Assembly: GCA_951406725.2 (NCBI GenBank)
Contig: OX597830.1
Span: forward strand, 54,374,001 to 54,438,000
DNA from: Octopus vulgaris
Lineage: Eukaryota
Reading direction: 5' to 3'
Length of the DNA: 64,000 nt
Program-made: the position numbers and the translations under genes
The notes under the pieces: generated by a model
The model's input: the letters and a program-made list of their open reading frames with translations, nothing else
Databases searched by the model: none
Told to the model about the DNA's origin: nothing
Shown: positions 24,441-38,240 of the stretch, one piece after another
How positions within the stretch are numbered: the stretch's first letter is position 1
How the letters are laid out: the number at the start of each line of letters is the position of its first letter

Positions 24441-24937
24441 TTTGGAGAGATAAGTAGACATTTTTATTTAAGAAATATTAATGCACTCTATATAAGTATT
24501 GATTGTTAAATATGAATTTATAATTTTATATTTGTTAATGATAAGTTAGATATGTACATTTATTTAATTATCATTATTTTATAACTATTATATCTGAACG
24601 TAAATTGTAAAATATTAGTTTGTCACTTTGTGATTTAGATAGTAAACATGTTTTAGTTTAACTAAATTTCCTATTATATTTCTAGTTTGGTAATTAAATA
24701 TTAGAGTATAGCTAGGTTAAAAATATTCTATAGTTTATTAATACTTTTTATTAAACTAAATTATATCTTCACAGATAAATACATTTTCCTATCTATTTAC
24801 TCTATTTTTTTTACCTTAAATATTTAACATAATTAATGTATTGTAGGCAATTGGTACTAATGTTTTAAGTTTTCATTTAAAAAATTTAATGTTTAATTCT
24901 ATTTGCTTATTTATTTAACTATTATTGTTATTATTGT

Positions 24938-25040
24938 TAACCTGAAGAGTGACTATAATTTTAAATTGAATTGATTTTCGATTAAATTTAAATTTAATTG
25001 TAATTCGAATTTAATTATAGCCATGAAACGTACGTAGATT
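24938..25040 (+). ncRNA. Type I hammerhead-ribozyme-like motif (second copy at 27261-27363)
   Basis: CTGAAGA-[GTGACTATAATT...AATTATAGCCAT]-GAA-AC(GTAC)GT-A; palindromic helix III; helix I weak. Confidence 0.5.
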
Positions 25041-25256
25041 TTTACTTATTATATATTGATTATTCACTTTTGTACTTTTTGTGATCTAGTTATATGTTTT
25101 AATAAATATATTTTATTTTCTATTTATGATTTGGTTTATGTCTATCGTTGTTTGAATTGCAAAATAGTGGCTTTTCTCTAATTCATATATTATATATTGT
25201 GAAATTTGATTGAATACTAAATTGAATTTTCCCTGTAAATGTGGAGTTATACTCCC

Positions 25257-25315
<59 letters not shown>

Positions 25316-25809
25316 GTATGTATGCATGTATGCATTATATATATTATATATTATACATATATGTATATTATATAAATTATATATATTATATAATGTATAT
25401 TTTATATATATTCTCTTATACTTTTTTATTTCAGTCATTTGACTGCGGCTATGCTGGAGCACCGCCTTTAATCGAACAAATCGACCCGAGGACTTATTCT
25501 TTGTAAACCTAGTACTCATTGTATCGGTCTCTCTTTGCCGCACCACTGTTACGGGGATGTAAACACACTAACATCGGTTGTCAAGCGATGGTAGGGGACA
25601 AACATAAGCACATAAACATACATACACACATACACACACACATATACGCGCTGGCTTCTTTCAGTTTCCGTGTAAGAAATCCACTCACAATGTTTTGGTC
25701 GGCCTCAGTCTACAGAAGAAAACACTTGCCCAAGGCGCCTGTCTGTTTGCACTTATATAAATGCATGCATACAAACATACATACAAACATACATACATAC
25801 ATACATAAA

Positions 25810-25842
<33 letters not shown>

Positions 25843-25864
25843 TAATACATACATACATACATAC

Positions 25865-25930
<66 letters not shown>

Positions 25931-26700
25931 TGCAAAATGGAACAAGAATGCAAAGCATCCAGACAGTTAGCTGATAAAAAAGGGACAACAAAACATCCAG
26001 ATAGACGATACAAAGAAAACAAGGACGGGTCATTCGGAGTTTTCTTTCCTCTGTCGAGTTCCAGAATATCTTTGCAATTACGGGTGGTTATACTTGAGAT
26101 TGCTCCAATATGGCCAGCCTCAAATATATATTAATAATTACGGGTCCATGCAAACAGTACCAGCATGCTAACATAGCAGTCAAATTGATCAACCCACAAA
26201 TTATCACTAAACACAAAAGTAAATTTGGACAAATGAACAAAGACTGTAACAACCATATTCCAATAGCGAAAAAATCGAAACCAGAATGCCAGATATGTCT
26301 GGCTTTCAATTTACGATTTTTTATCCCTGGACACCACCTATGGTGTTATATAACAGTTTTTGTGGCAGTGACATTTTCGATCAGAAAAAGGCTACTAGCC
26401 TCTAGCTCTTATTCCTCCTCCATTCTATGGAGGCAAGGCCCCATCCACGCCACTGACAGATGTTGCCAAAATTCTTTCACACTGCAGTCTAGCAGAATCT
26501 GAGGGGAGAGGGGGAAAGAGAGAGAGAGAGATAAGTGGGGGGGAGACGAGAGAGAATAGACTATGGCATTCGAATGAACTTTATTCACACCAGAAGGGAA
26601 GTAGGAAAAACGTTGGCTTTGGTGGAAGTGGGACTGCAACACAGAGTACCGCCTTATATATCACTATACACATACATACATACATACATACATACATACA

Positions 26701-26733
<33 letters not shown>

Positions 26734-26734
26734 T

Positions 26735-26919
26735 TTCGTTTTCCTTGTTTCAGCTCAGAGTTGCGGCCATGCTGATGCACCGCCGTTTAAAGTTTCGCCA
26801 ATACCTTCTACCGGAGCCGCGTGGAGCTTAGGCATTTCGCTCTTAAACACACACATTGCCCGGTCTAAGATTCGAACCCGCAACCCCTCGACCGCGAGTC
26901 CGCTGCTCTAACCACTAGG

Positions 26920-26920
<1 letters not shown>
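26735..26920 (-). mobile_element. Short SINE family A with the family-C-type tail (duplicate at ~29475-29659)
   Basis: GCCTAGTGGTTAGAGCAGCGGACTCGCGGTC...GGTTCGAATC head joined to GGCGGTGCATCAGCATGGCCGCAAC...GCTGAAAC. Confidence 0.8.
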
Positions 26921-26961
<41 letters not shown>

Positions 26962-27584
26962 CCTAGTGGTTAGAGCAGCGTGGTTAGTGTGATTGTTTTG
27001 TAAAATAGTTTGGTAATTAAATATTAGAATATAGCTAGGTTAAAAGTATTCTATAGTTTATTAATACTTTTTATTAAACTAAATTATATCTTCACAGATA
27101 AATACATTTTCCTATCTATTTACTCTATTTTTTTTACCTTAAATATTTAACATAATTAATGTATTGTAGGCAATTGGTACTAATGTTTTAAGTTTCCCTT
27201 TTAAAAATTTATTGTTTAATTCTATTTGCTTATTTATTTAACTATTATTGTTATTATTGTTAACCTGAAGAGTGACTATAATTTTAAATTGAATTGATTT
27301 TCGATTAAATTTAAATTTAATTGTAATTCGAATTTAATTATAGCCATGAAACGTACGTAGATTTTTACTTTTTATATATTGATTATTCACTTTTGTACTT
27401 TTTGTGATCTAGTTATATGTTTTAATAAATATATTTTATTTTCTATTTATGATTTGGTTTATGTTTATCGTTGTTTGAATTGCAAAATAGTGGCTTTTCT
27501 CTAATTCATATATTATATATTGTGAAATTTGATTGAATACTAAATTGAATTTTCCCTGTAAGTGTGGAGTTATACTCCTTAATA

Positions 27585-27642
<58 letters not shown>

Positions 27643-28572
27643 GTATGTATGCATGTATGCATTATATATATTATATATTATACATATATGTATATTATAT
27701 AAATTATATATATTATATAATGTATATTTTATATATATTCTCTTATACTTTTTTATTTCAGTCATTTGACTGCGGCTATGCTGGAGCACCGCCTTTAATC
27801 GAACAAATCGACCCGAGGACTTATTCTTTGTAAACCTAGTACTCATTGTATCGGTCTCTCTTTGCCGCACCACTGTTACGGGGATGTAAACACACTAACA
27901 TCGGTTGTCAAGCGATGGTAGGGGACAAACATAAGCACATAAACATACATACACACATACACACACACATATACGCGCGGCCTTCTTTCAGTTTCCGTGT
28001 AAGAAATGCACTCACAATGTTTTGGTCGGCCTCAGTCTACAGAAGAAAACACTTGCCCAAGGCGCCTGTCTGTTTGTATTTATATAAATGCATGCATACA
28101 AACATACATACAAACATACATACATATTTTTACTTATTATATATTGATTATTCACTTTTGTACTTTTTGTGATCTAGTTATATGTTTTAATAAATATATT
28201 TTATTTTTTATTTATGATTTGGTTTATGTCTATCGTTGTTTGAATTGCAAAATAGTGGCTTTTCTCTAATTCATATATTATATATTGTGAAATTTGATTG
28301 AATACTAAATTGAATTTTCCCTGTAAGTGTGGAGTTATACTCCCTAATATTATATATATATATATATATGTATATGTATGTATGCATGTATGCATTATAT
28401 ATATTATATATTATACATATATGTATATTATATAAATTATATATATTATATAATGTATATTTTATATATATTCTCTTATACTTTTTTTTATTTCAGTCAT
28501 TTAACTGCGGCCATGCTGGAGCACCGCCTTTAATCGAATATACGAACATACATACATACATACATTAATACA

Positions 28573-28605
<33 letters not shown>

Positions 28606-28611
28606 TAATAC

Positions 28612-28677
<66 letters not shown>

Positions 28678-29658
28678 TACAAAATGGAACAAGAATACAA
28701 AGCATCCAGACAGTTAGCTGATAAAAAAGGGACAACAAAACATCCAGATAGACGATTCAAAGAAAACAAGGACGGGTCATTCGGAGTTTTCTTTCCTCTG
28801 TCGAGTTCCAGATTATCTTCGCATTTACGGGTGGTTATACTTGAGATTGCTCCAATATGGCCAGCCCCAAATATATATTAATAATTACGGGTCCATGCAA
28901 ACAGTACCAGCATGCTAACATAGCAGTCAAATTGATCAACCCACAAATTATCACTAAACACAAAAGTAAAGTTGGACAAATGAATAAAGACTGTAACTAC
29001 CATATTCCAATAGCGAAAAAATCGAAACCAGAATGCCAGATATGTCTGGCTTTCAATTTACGATTTTTTATCCCTGGACACCACCTATGGTGTTATATAA
29101 CAGTTTTTGTGGCAGTGACATTTTCGATCAGAAAAAGGCTACTAGCCTCTAGCTCTTAATCCTCCTCCATTCTATGGAGGCAAGGCCCCATCCACGCCAT
29201 TGACAGACGTTGCCAAAATTCTTTCACACTGCAGTCTAGCAGAATCTGAAGGGGAGAGGGGGGAAAGAGAGAGAGAGAGATAAGTGGGGGGTGGGGGTGA
29301 GACGAGAGATACTATGGCATTCGAATGAACTTTATTCAAACCAGAAGGGAAGTAGGAAAAACGTTGGCTTTGGTGGATGTGGGTCTGCAACACAGAGTAC
29401 CGCCTTATATATCACTATACACATACATACATACATACATACATACATACATACATACATACATACATACATTTTCGTTTTTCTTGTTTCAGCTCAGAGC
29501 TGCGGCCATGCTGATGCACCGCCGTTTAAAGTTTGGCCAATACCTTCTACCGGAGCCGCATGGAGCTTAGGCATTTCGCTCTTAAACACACACATCGCCC
29601 GGTCTAAGATTCGAACCCGCAATCCCTCAACCGCGAGTCCGCTGCTCTAACCACTAGG

Positions 29659-29768
<110 letters not shown>

Positions 29769-29794
29769 GACATGAAATTAAAGGAAATTAGATT

Positions 29795-30169
<375 letters not shown>

Positions 30170-30224
30170 CATATTTGTATATATGTACATACATATGTAT
30201 ATATGCATATATATATATATACAT

Positions 30225-30293
<69 letters not shown>

Positions 30294-31136
30294 TGTATGT
30301 TTGTATGTATATATGTATGCATATGTGTGTATATATCTGTATTTCTATGTAAACTATATATATTTCATGCCTACATGTGCGTTTGTGTCTGTAAATATGA
30401 ATTCTTCCCATTGTAGCAATTTTACTTGGGTACAGTCGTCAACGTCTATCAATTGATATAGAAGGGCTACTTTGTGACCACTAAACCTGCCTGAACTGGG
30501 AACGAATCTATCATCAATGCTTCATCTAGTTTTGTTTCCCAGGAAAGTATAAATCAAAAACAAAAACAAACAAAAAAACATAAGAAGAGATTACCCAAGA
30601 GAAGTGTTTATTTTTTAACGATAATTAAAATTACTACTATTCGCGAAAGCTTACAGAAATTATTAAAATCTGGGATAAAGGCTTTCTTAGATTTATTTTT
30701 CTTCTATAGTACTAAGTCAGTAAAGAAAATTGCAGCACCAATGACTGTTGCCCCTCCAGAAATTAAAGTAGGCAGAAGAAAAGAATTATAGTATGCTCAA
30801 ACTCTAGTCTTGACCCAAGTACTCAAGAAATAGGCTTCGCTAGAAGCAACCAATGGTCAGATGGTGTTGTTAAACCGGGTGACAGAGTAAGTCTACCCCA
30901 TCCCCCAAAAAGGAATGGTCTCTTCGTTAGGCTTCCACTCACAAGGCATTGGTCGATTCAAAGAAATAGTAGGACGCACTTGCCTACGGTGCCGCGCAGT
31001 GGGATTGAACCTTAAACTCAGTAGTTGTGAAGCGAACTTCTTAACCATACAGCTGTCTGTATCTATTATGATTTAAAGCAAAAATGAGCGAAAAATAATG
31101 TATTAAAAAAAAAAAGAAAGAAAAATATCGACATAC

Positions 31137-31232
31137 CTTTATGAATAAGAAGATGCGTTAAACAAACAGAACTTGCTTCGATATACGCTGGTTTGCAAAT
31201 GAAGTGTATTTCTTTGATTTGACTGTTATATA
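31137..31232 (-). promoter_or_regulatory. Candidate core promoter plus 64-nt non-coding first exon
   Basis: Minus strand TATATAA starting at 31232, Inr-like TCATTT with A at 31200 (TATA at -32), ATG-free exon, donor AAG|GTATGT at 31137/31136; CCAAT at 31256 and 31442, GC box at 31524. Confidence 0.5.
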
Positions 31233-32849
31233 AATGTCATAAAATAGAAATACACCCAATCATTTGGTTGCAAAACAGCATTCAAGTGCTTTATTGTATT
31301 ACTTCATTATCAGACGCTCGAATATTAATAATGGCGACAGTTCATTCTCCACCCCCTTTCTCTGTCTCTCTCTTTCTCTCTTATTACCGAAGGAAGTATT
31401 TTAGTAAATTTGACAAAATTATTCGGAAAGCAAGCAATTGCATTGGTTGACTCAGTCTTGTTGTAGTTAATTTTCTTCATTTCCATCATTCATTCTCTCA
31501 ACCCCATCTCTTCCGCCTCGCATCCGCCCACTTTTGTTTTTTATTCATCTTTTCAAATTTTCGTTGTTATTTCATTGCCCCTTTTCCTATGTACTTTTAT
31601 CCCACCCCCCATCTCTTTGCCATTTCTTCTTTCTTTCTTTTTATATTTGTCCTTTATTTGGACCCGCTCTCCCTATCTACGATGACTTTTAAATCAGTTT
31701 AAATACCATTACATTAAGATGGCGAACAGGGGTTTCTGATAAGTTATAATATCGTCACATATTTTAAATAAATGCTTTATATTTCAATGACTTTGTATAA
31801 CCTTACCCTGATAAATCGAACCTATGAGATGAGCAAAGATATTCCAGTCGTGACCATCTCATCATTTTTGTATCTAGAACAGTGACTCTCGACCTGTTAG
31901 AGTTAGTGGTACCCTTGGTGTCATCAGTGACAGCCAGTGCCCTCCCCGTATCTTGTGGTTAGCTTGACTCTCTAGTTCCCTCTCTGTTGTGCTGCATGCA
32001 TATAACTTTAAGATCAGAGAAGTGTTCATCTTTAATGAACACCCTTCGTATATATTAATATATATGTGTGTGTTATTAAAAAGTACAAGCCATGACAGAA
32101 TGAGCCATAACAACATAGCAAACTGAGATGTTACACTATCGTAGTTCACAATCTCACATACAAACACATAGAATCCATAAACACGTAAACTATTCTGACA
32201 TCTGATTGTTCATATCATGAAACATTCACTGGGTTAACGCAGGCTTAAATTTTAGCGCTCCATAGTATCGGGTGAGCTATTACGCGAATATAAGGTGCAT
32301 TTGCCACCACATGACACATTAAGTGGCTTAATACGGTCCAAACATGTGGTGCAACTATCATGCGTACAATTATATAAGTTTCCGAACTCGTGACCTGCTT
32401 CAACCAGCCAAACTGTAACTGGACTGATGGCAATTTGAGCCACACCCTATCCATAAATATGAGCCATTTTTCAAACTAACGTTTGAAAATTTCTTCCTGT
32501 TCTAGATAGAATGAAAACAAATACAACATAGTTCCGGATCCTCCGTCTTTCATTACTTTTGAAAATTGTGAAAATACAAAACAAATTTAGTAAATATATT
32601 TTCAACCTCACTTTTATTTATTTTCCTATTTGTGTGAAAGCCTATCTTCCCTGTGTGTGTGATTTTTCTTCGACTTTAATTTAAGGCTCTTGAGAGAGTT
32701 GAAGCCGGTCACTAACAAAGCCACAAAACCTTTTGAGTTAAGAGAGTTCCGACTGTTTGTAAAAATGTGATTCAATTGGTGTGTTGGTTGAACTGTTGAT
32801 GCATACACCCAATTGTTTTCATCTATTCCCATAAGTATCTCAGGTGGAA

Positions 32850-33740
32850 AATTTTAGGAATGTCTGCCACTAATAGATTAGATATGGAGACTCAGTTTCT
32901 TTTACCCTTTTCCCGTGAAACCGAGTATTTCTAGGTTTTTGTGCGAATTTGATTGTGCATATCGTAATGCTCTTATGATTCTAGGTACAAAGGAGAATTC
33001 ATAATCAAGGCACAACACAAGAACTGTAAGTTCTGCATTAATTTGCCATGAATTTTTTTCCTGGACTTTCGATTGTACATTCACATCTGCAAGGCAGATG
33101 ACTTCCGTTTCCCACAGAACAATATCAGGTTTGTTACGTATGCACCGAATTGATATTTTTATTGGGGTGCTGTTGTTTTTAAGGGTATGAATACTTGCTG
33201 GTTCTAACATTCCTTTGATGTATACGTTAGGACAGTCCTTGCTGCGGATAGCATTTTAAATGTTCTTCGCAACTATAGGATGCTTCAAGGCCAAGTATTA
33301 TCTCGTAGACATTTTGGGGCAGCTGCTGATGATGTAGGTGATAACTTCCACACTGGTATAGCAGAGCTGACATTTTTTATCACAATGTGGTTTGGTAGTT
33401 TCTTTATCCCTCCTGTTTATCAGGTGTTTAACAGCTATCTCCTGTTCCTCGATAGCAAAGCATATCCTTCATGGTAGGCTGTAATATATCTATTGCAGGA
33501 GGCTACTCTTCCTGTCGATGCTGTTACTGCTCTCTATCTTACGGAATATGTAGCCATGTATTACTTTTTGTTGGTATGATGCTTGCTTCTCCTCCAAGCT
33601 TTTGTATTTCTAGAGTACCTGCGCAGGTCTTCAACTCTGAAGATGTTCTTGCTCCCGCTTTTGAGTATGCATGGAATGTACTTATTTCTTTTCTTTACTG
33701 TCCACCAGGTGCTGTGTGGGTGATACAATGAGACATTCAA
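32850..33740 (-). mobile_element. Degraded RLE-type non-LTR retrotransposon (different subfamily)
   Basis: LFAIEEQEI...KCQLC..SVEVITYIISSCPKM (CCHC-like) then NKPDIVLW (endonuclease). Confidence 0.75.
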
Positions 33741-33883
33741 AGACTGTCTGGACAGACCTTATGCCTCTACCTCCATTACTTCATCTCACATAAATCCTAT
33801 TGGTGTCACTGTTGACGTGGAAGTTGTGTATGTATATGTACACGCCTGTACATATATATATATATGTATATATATAACATACG

Positions 33884-33914
<31 letters not shown>

Positions 33915-33937
33915 ACATACATACATATAAATACATA

Positions 33938-34063
<126 letters not shown>

Positions 34064-34108
34064 TACATACACACATACACACATACACACATATATATTA
34101 TATATTAT

Positions 34109-34208
34109 NNNNNNNNNNNNNNNNNNNNNNNNNNNNNNNNNNNNNNNNNNNNNNNNNNNNNNNNNNNNNNNNNNNNNNNNNNNNNNNNNNNNNNNNNNNN
34201 NNNNNNNN
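34109..34208. other. Assembly gap (100 N) within TA-rich microsatellite
   Basis: Run of N. Confidence 1.
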
Positions 34209-34428
34209 ATTATATATAATAAACAGACAGACTCACCCACACCTTTGTAAATCAGACAATTCTTTTGCTTCTGTGTTCATGGCATGGCTAATTGCTATAA
34301 CTAAGTAATATGCTGTAATCTGAAATGGAAAATAATAATACATTAACAAGCTTGAAACATGACGTTATGTCAGCACAGATAAAACGGTACAATGAGGGAT
34401 ATTTATTTACTTTTGAGATATCTGTTTA

Positions 34429-34519
<91 letters not shown>

Positions 34520-34520
<1 letters not shown>

Positions 34521-34691
34521 GGCGCAGGAGTGGCTGTGTGGTAAGTAGCTTGCTAACCAACCACATGGTTCCGGGTTCAGTCCCACTGCGTGGCATCTTG
34601 GGCAAGTGTCTTCTGCTATAGCCCCGGGCCGGCCAATGTCTTGTGAGTGGATTTGGTAGACGGAAACTGAAAGAAGCCTATCGTATATATG

Positions 34692-34726
<35 letters not shown>

Positions 34727-34942
34727 TTGTGTGTCTGTGTTTGTCCCCCTAGCATTGCTTGACAACCGATGCTGGTGTGTTTACGTCCCCGTCACTTAGC
34801 GGTTCGGAAAAAGATACCGATAGAATAAATACTGGGTTTACAAAGAATAAGTCCCGGGGTCGATTTGCTCGACTACAGGCGGTGCCCCAGCATGGCCGCA
34901 GTCAAATGACTGAAACAAGTAAAAGAATACAAAAAAAGAATA

Positions 34943-34945
<3 letters not shown>
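34520..34945 (+). mobile_element. SINE family C, full length
   Basis: Near-identical to the 6194 and 7156 copies. Confidence 0.9.
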
Positions 34946-35011
<66 letters not shown>

Positions 35012-35033
35012 ATATATGTATGATAATATATAT

Positions 35034-36284
35034 ACACAGACATGCAGAAAGTAAATAGACACCTTTAATTTTCAAAATCTTTTATTTAATACGCAAAGCG
35101 AGCAATTGAAATGTAATCGGTAGGTAGGACTACATACTTTAGTATTTAGTTGCCATTCCCTTTGCAGTTTTTAATTCAGAAACTCCTTTTGGCATTGAAC
35201 TGATGAGCTTTGTGATTGTCTCTTGTGGAATTTCTGCCCACTTTTCATGCAACAATCAAAACAGTTCATCTTTAGATTTAGGTTTCTGCTGAGTTTTTTC
35301 TTATAGCTCTATCTAGTATGCTCCAAAGATTTTCAATTGGGTTCATGTCAGGAGATTGGCTCGACCAAGGAAGCTTTTTCATCCCATTTTCAGTCAGCCA
35401 TTGTTGATACCTTTTCACTGCGTGGCATGAAGCCCCACCTTCCATGAATCAAAACTCATTTTTCGTTATGTTATTGTGTGGATACATCGGAAGTAGTCAT
35501 TGCTTAAATATTTCGATGTATTTTTCAGAGTTTATGGTTCCAACACATTCAATCAGCTCAGAATGACCATTGCTGGTGACTGCTCCCCGTACCATTACAG
35601 AGATACCGCCATGTTTCGCAGTTGGTTGGAGACGTTTCATATCAAATTCTTGACTGGGAAGCCTCCAGACCCAAACACGTCCACTGTCTGAAAATAATGC
35701 AAATCTGGACCCATCTGAGAAAATCACTCTATACCAAAATGAACTGGATTTCCTGACATCTCCTTAGCCAATTTCTTTCTTTTCGTGATATTAATTGGTT
35801 GAAGGAGAGGTTTTCTTCTAGTTGCTTGTCCATAATACCCAAGCTTATGCAGATATTTAACACACGTTCTTGGACTAACTTCTAGCTGTTTTGCAATGTC
35901 AGAAGCCTTCGAATGGGGTGTTCGTTTTCTACAATTCTCTTCAAACAGCGAAGCTTCCTTTCCGAGGCCCAGGTCAGCCGGGACGAGAATCTGTTGATTC
36001 TTTTCTTTGGCTTTTGAATTGCACTATAATTCTATTAACAGTAGCAAGAGGAATTTGAAGATTTTCAGCAACTTTTCACTGGTTAAGACCAGTCTCAGAT
36101 TGCCCAACAATAGATCTCTTTGAAAATCTGACAGTTGTGCTAATTTTTTGTGCGTGGCAGGGTCAATACTTTGCAAATGTTTCATATAATGGCACCTGGA
36201 ATGAAAAAGAATAATTACATTGTAAATTCTACACCACTGAAAACATTAAGACGCTTAGATCAGAAATTTTGAAAATTAAAGGTC

Positions 36285-36290
<6 letters not shown>
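35034..36290 (-). mobile_element. Tc1-like DNA transposon with transposase pseudogene (~35139-36185)
   Basis: IFSDGSRF...PTAKHGGISVMV...FMEGGASCH...LPWSSQSPDMNPIENLW...ATKY*; inverted CCTTTAATTTTCAAAAT near both ends; TA-repeat flanks. Confidence 0.9.
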
Positions 36291-36315
<25 letters not shown>

Positions 36316-36483
36316 GAAGTGGTGTTCAGATTTCATATATTAGGAACAAGTGGGTAGTCAGAATTTTGGAGATTTATTTATGTAGCGATTTCATCTGGTT
36401 TCAGAGATTCGTCTTTCCTGATGCTAAAAGCGCAAAATTTATAATTATCCAAAATTTTGACTACCTCCTTTTCTTTATATGTG

Positions 36484-36536
<53 letters not shown>

Positions 36537-36555
36537 GTATTTATGTGCTGTGTAT

Positions 36556-36613
36556 ATTCCACTGATGAGGCAAAGCATTCCTTATGCAGAACCAGAAATC
36601 CGGGATCTGGAAT
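36556..36613 (+). ncRNA. Type I hammerhead-ribozyme motif with canonical core
   Basis: ATTCCA-CTGATGA-[GG..GCAT(TCCTT)ATGC..CC A]-GAA-ATCC G GGAT-C-TGGAAT: perfect 6-bp helix I, AUC cleavage triplet. Confidence 0.65.
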
Positions 36614-36739
36614 TATCCAGCAATTTTTTGCTAGTTTATTTTGTCTTTTTGTCTTCTCCTAGTGCTGTATGAACATTTAATGTGATTTTAGAGTCAAGTT
36701 TTGGCTGCTATTTCCAGCGTGGTGGTATCTCTTAAATTA

Positions 36740-36784
<45 letters not shown>

Positions 36785-36846
36785 ATAAAAATGGTAAGAC
36801 AACAAAGAATGAAAGAGACCTCGATATTATGTAAATAGAGGAATTT

Positions 36847-37045
36847 ATATGTAAATGTAATATGTAACAATTATTTGGTAGCCATGATAAGACTCCGAGT
36901 TTCGGATGCCGAGGTGGAAATCCACGCTGTCTTCTCTTCAGTTATCCGTCCATCGGAAAAAATAATTTTTTCTGATGGCCACCTCGGCATCCGAAACTCG
37001 GAGTTTTATCATGGCTCCCGAATAGTTGTCCCATATTACATTTAC

Positions 37046-37050
<5 letters not shown>
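36847..37050. repeat. Nested inverted repeat containing a minus-strand hammerhead motif (36886-36946)
   Basis: ~70-bp arms ...GCCATGATAAGACTCCGAGTTTCGGATGCCGAGGTGG / CCACCTCGGCATCCGAAACTCGGAGTTTTATCATGGC...; internal hairpin CCATCGGAAAAAA-TAA-TTTTTTCTGATGG. Confidence 0.85.
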
Positions 37051-37078
<28 letters not shown>

Positions 37079-37248
37079 TATATATGGAACATAGAATAGC
37101 TGTCTTATACTATAGCCTCAGACCAACCAATGTTTTGCAAGTGAATTTAGTTGATGGAAACTGTATGGCAACCTGCTGCATATGTATCTGAGGCTGCATT
37201 TAAATACAAAAAGGAATTAAAGATAATGCGGTCACAGCGTGATAAACC

Positions 37249-37630
37249 TTATTATTATTATTATTATTATTATTGAGTGAGAGAGCAGTGCATGCCATCA
37301 AAGTGACACTGGGGTACAAATATACGAAGCCCAGTATACCCATCATGACTGCCCATCTGATAAGAGTACACCAGGTACATGCATCACAACTATATGTGCG
37401 CGACATGGTGATCTCATATCAAGATAAACAGCGCATGACCTTGCAGGTGGAGCCCAGTTAGAATTTTTTTCTGGTCGAGTAACCCATCCCGCTCAAAAGG
37501 TCTCTGAATAAGGGTTGTTTAAGGATGTTGAACGAAAGACCCATGTTTCTAAATGTGAATTATCCAAACCCTAAAGAATCCCTCTCAACACATGGCTATG
37601 ATGCTCCCCCACTACTTCTGCTCGTGATCA
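37249..37630 (-). repeat. Repeat D 3' part with (AAT)n tail
   Basis: Reverse complement of ~9060-9400. Confidence 0.85.
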
Positions 37631-38208
37631 GAAGAAAACGTCCCCAGTGCAAGCCGTGCAAACGTTTCAAAGACTAAACTAAAGATACATTTAAAATGAC
37701 CAATATCGGTACTAAAACCTGCTACAATCTGTGGAGGAATCTGATTGCTACTGATGTTAAAGAATTCGAGAATAACAAGATTGTATACACTGAGTTGAAA
37801 TGTGCTAGCAGATATATGGTGAATGCGAACCCTCTCCCTGAGTTTCCTTCCTGTGACCAGTGTGGCGGCGACTGCTTCTCACAGCCAGACATTCTCGGTC
37901 AAAACACGATCACAGATGCTCCACCTGTGCACCAATTTAATATTCAGCATGTTTTCTCGTGCACCTTCTGTAGATCAGCCAGTTGATTGAATCATGATTG
38001 TGTGTCCCAACGTCCAGATTGGGTGTGACTGGAAGGCCGAGTTGTGGTCATTGTCGAATGACTTGTAGGTCTCTGTCAGGCCTTATGAGTCATATGAGAC
38101 GCCATCAACGAGGGAGCTGTGCTGAGATGTTCCTTAGACTGAAGCAGGTTTAAGAAGTGGTCTTACTCGATCACGAGTCGACTCTTCTCTCTCTCTCTCT
38201 CTCTGTCC

Positions 38209-38240
<32 letters not shown>

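Noticed and set aside
26110-26502. 130-aa ORF (100-aa twin at 28857)
   Set aside because: No recognisable domain; the twin comes from the tandem duplication and is truncated by a stop.
36977-37012. CTGATGG...GAAACTCGGAGTT as a + strand hammerhead
   Set aside because: Core is CUGAUGG, helix II cannot form, and CTGATGG belongs to the adjacent hairpin arm.
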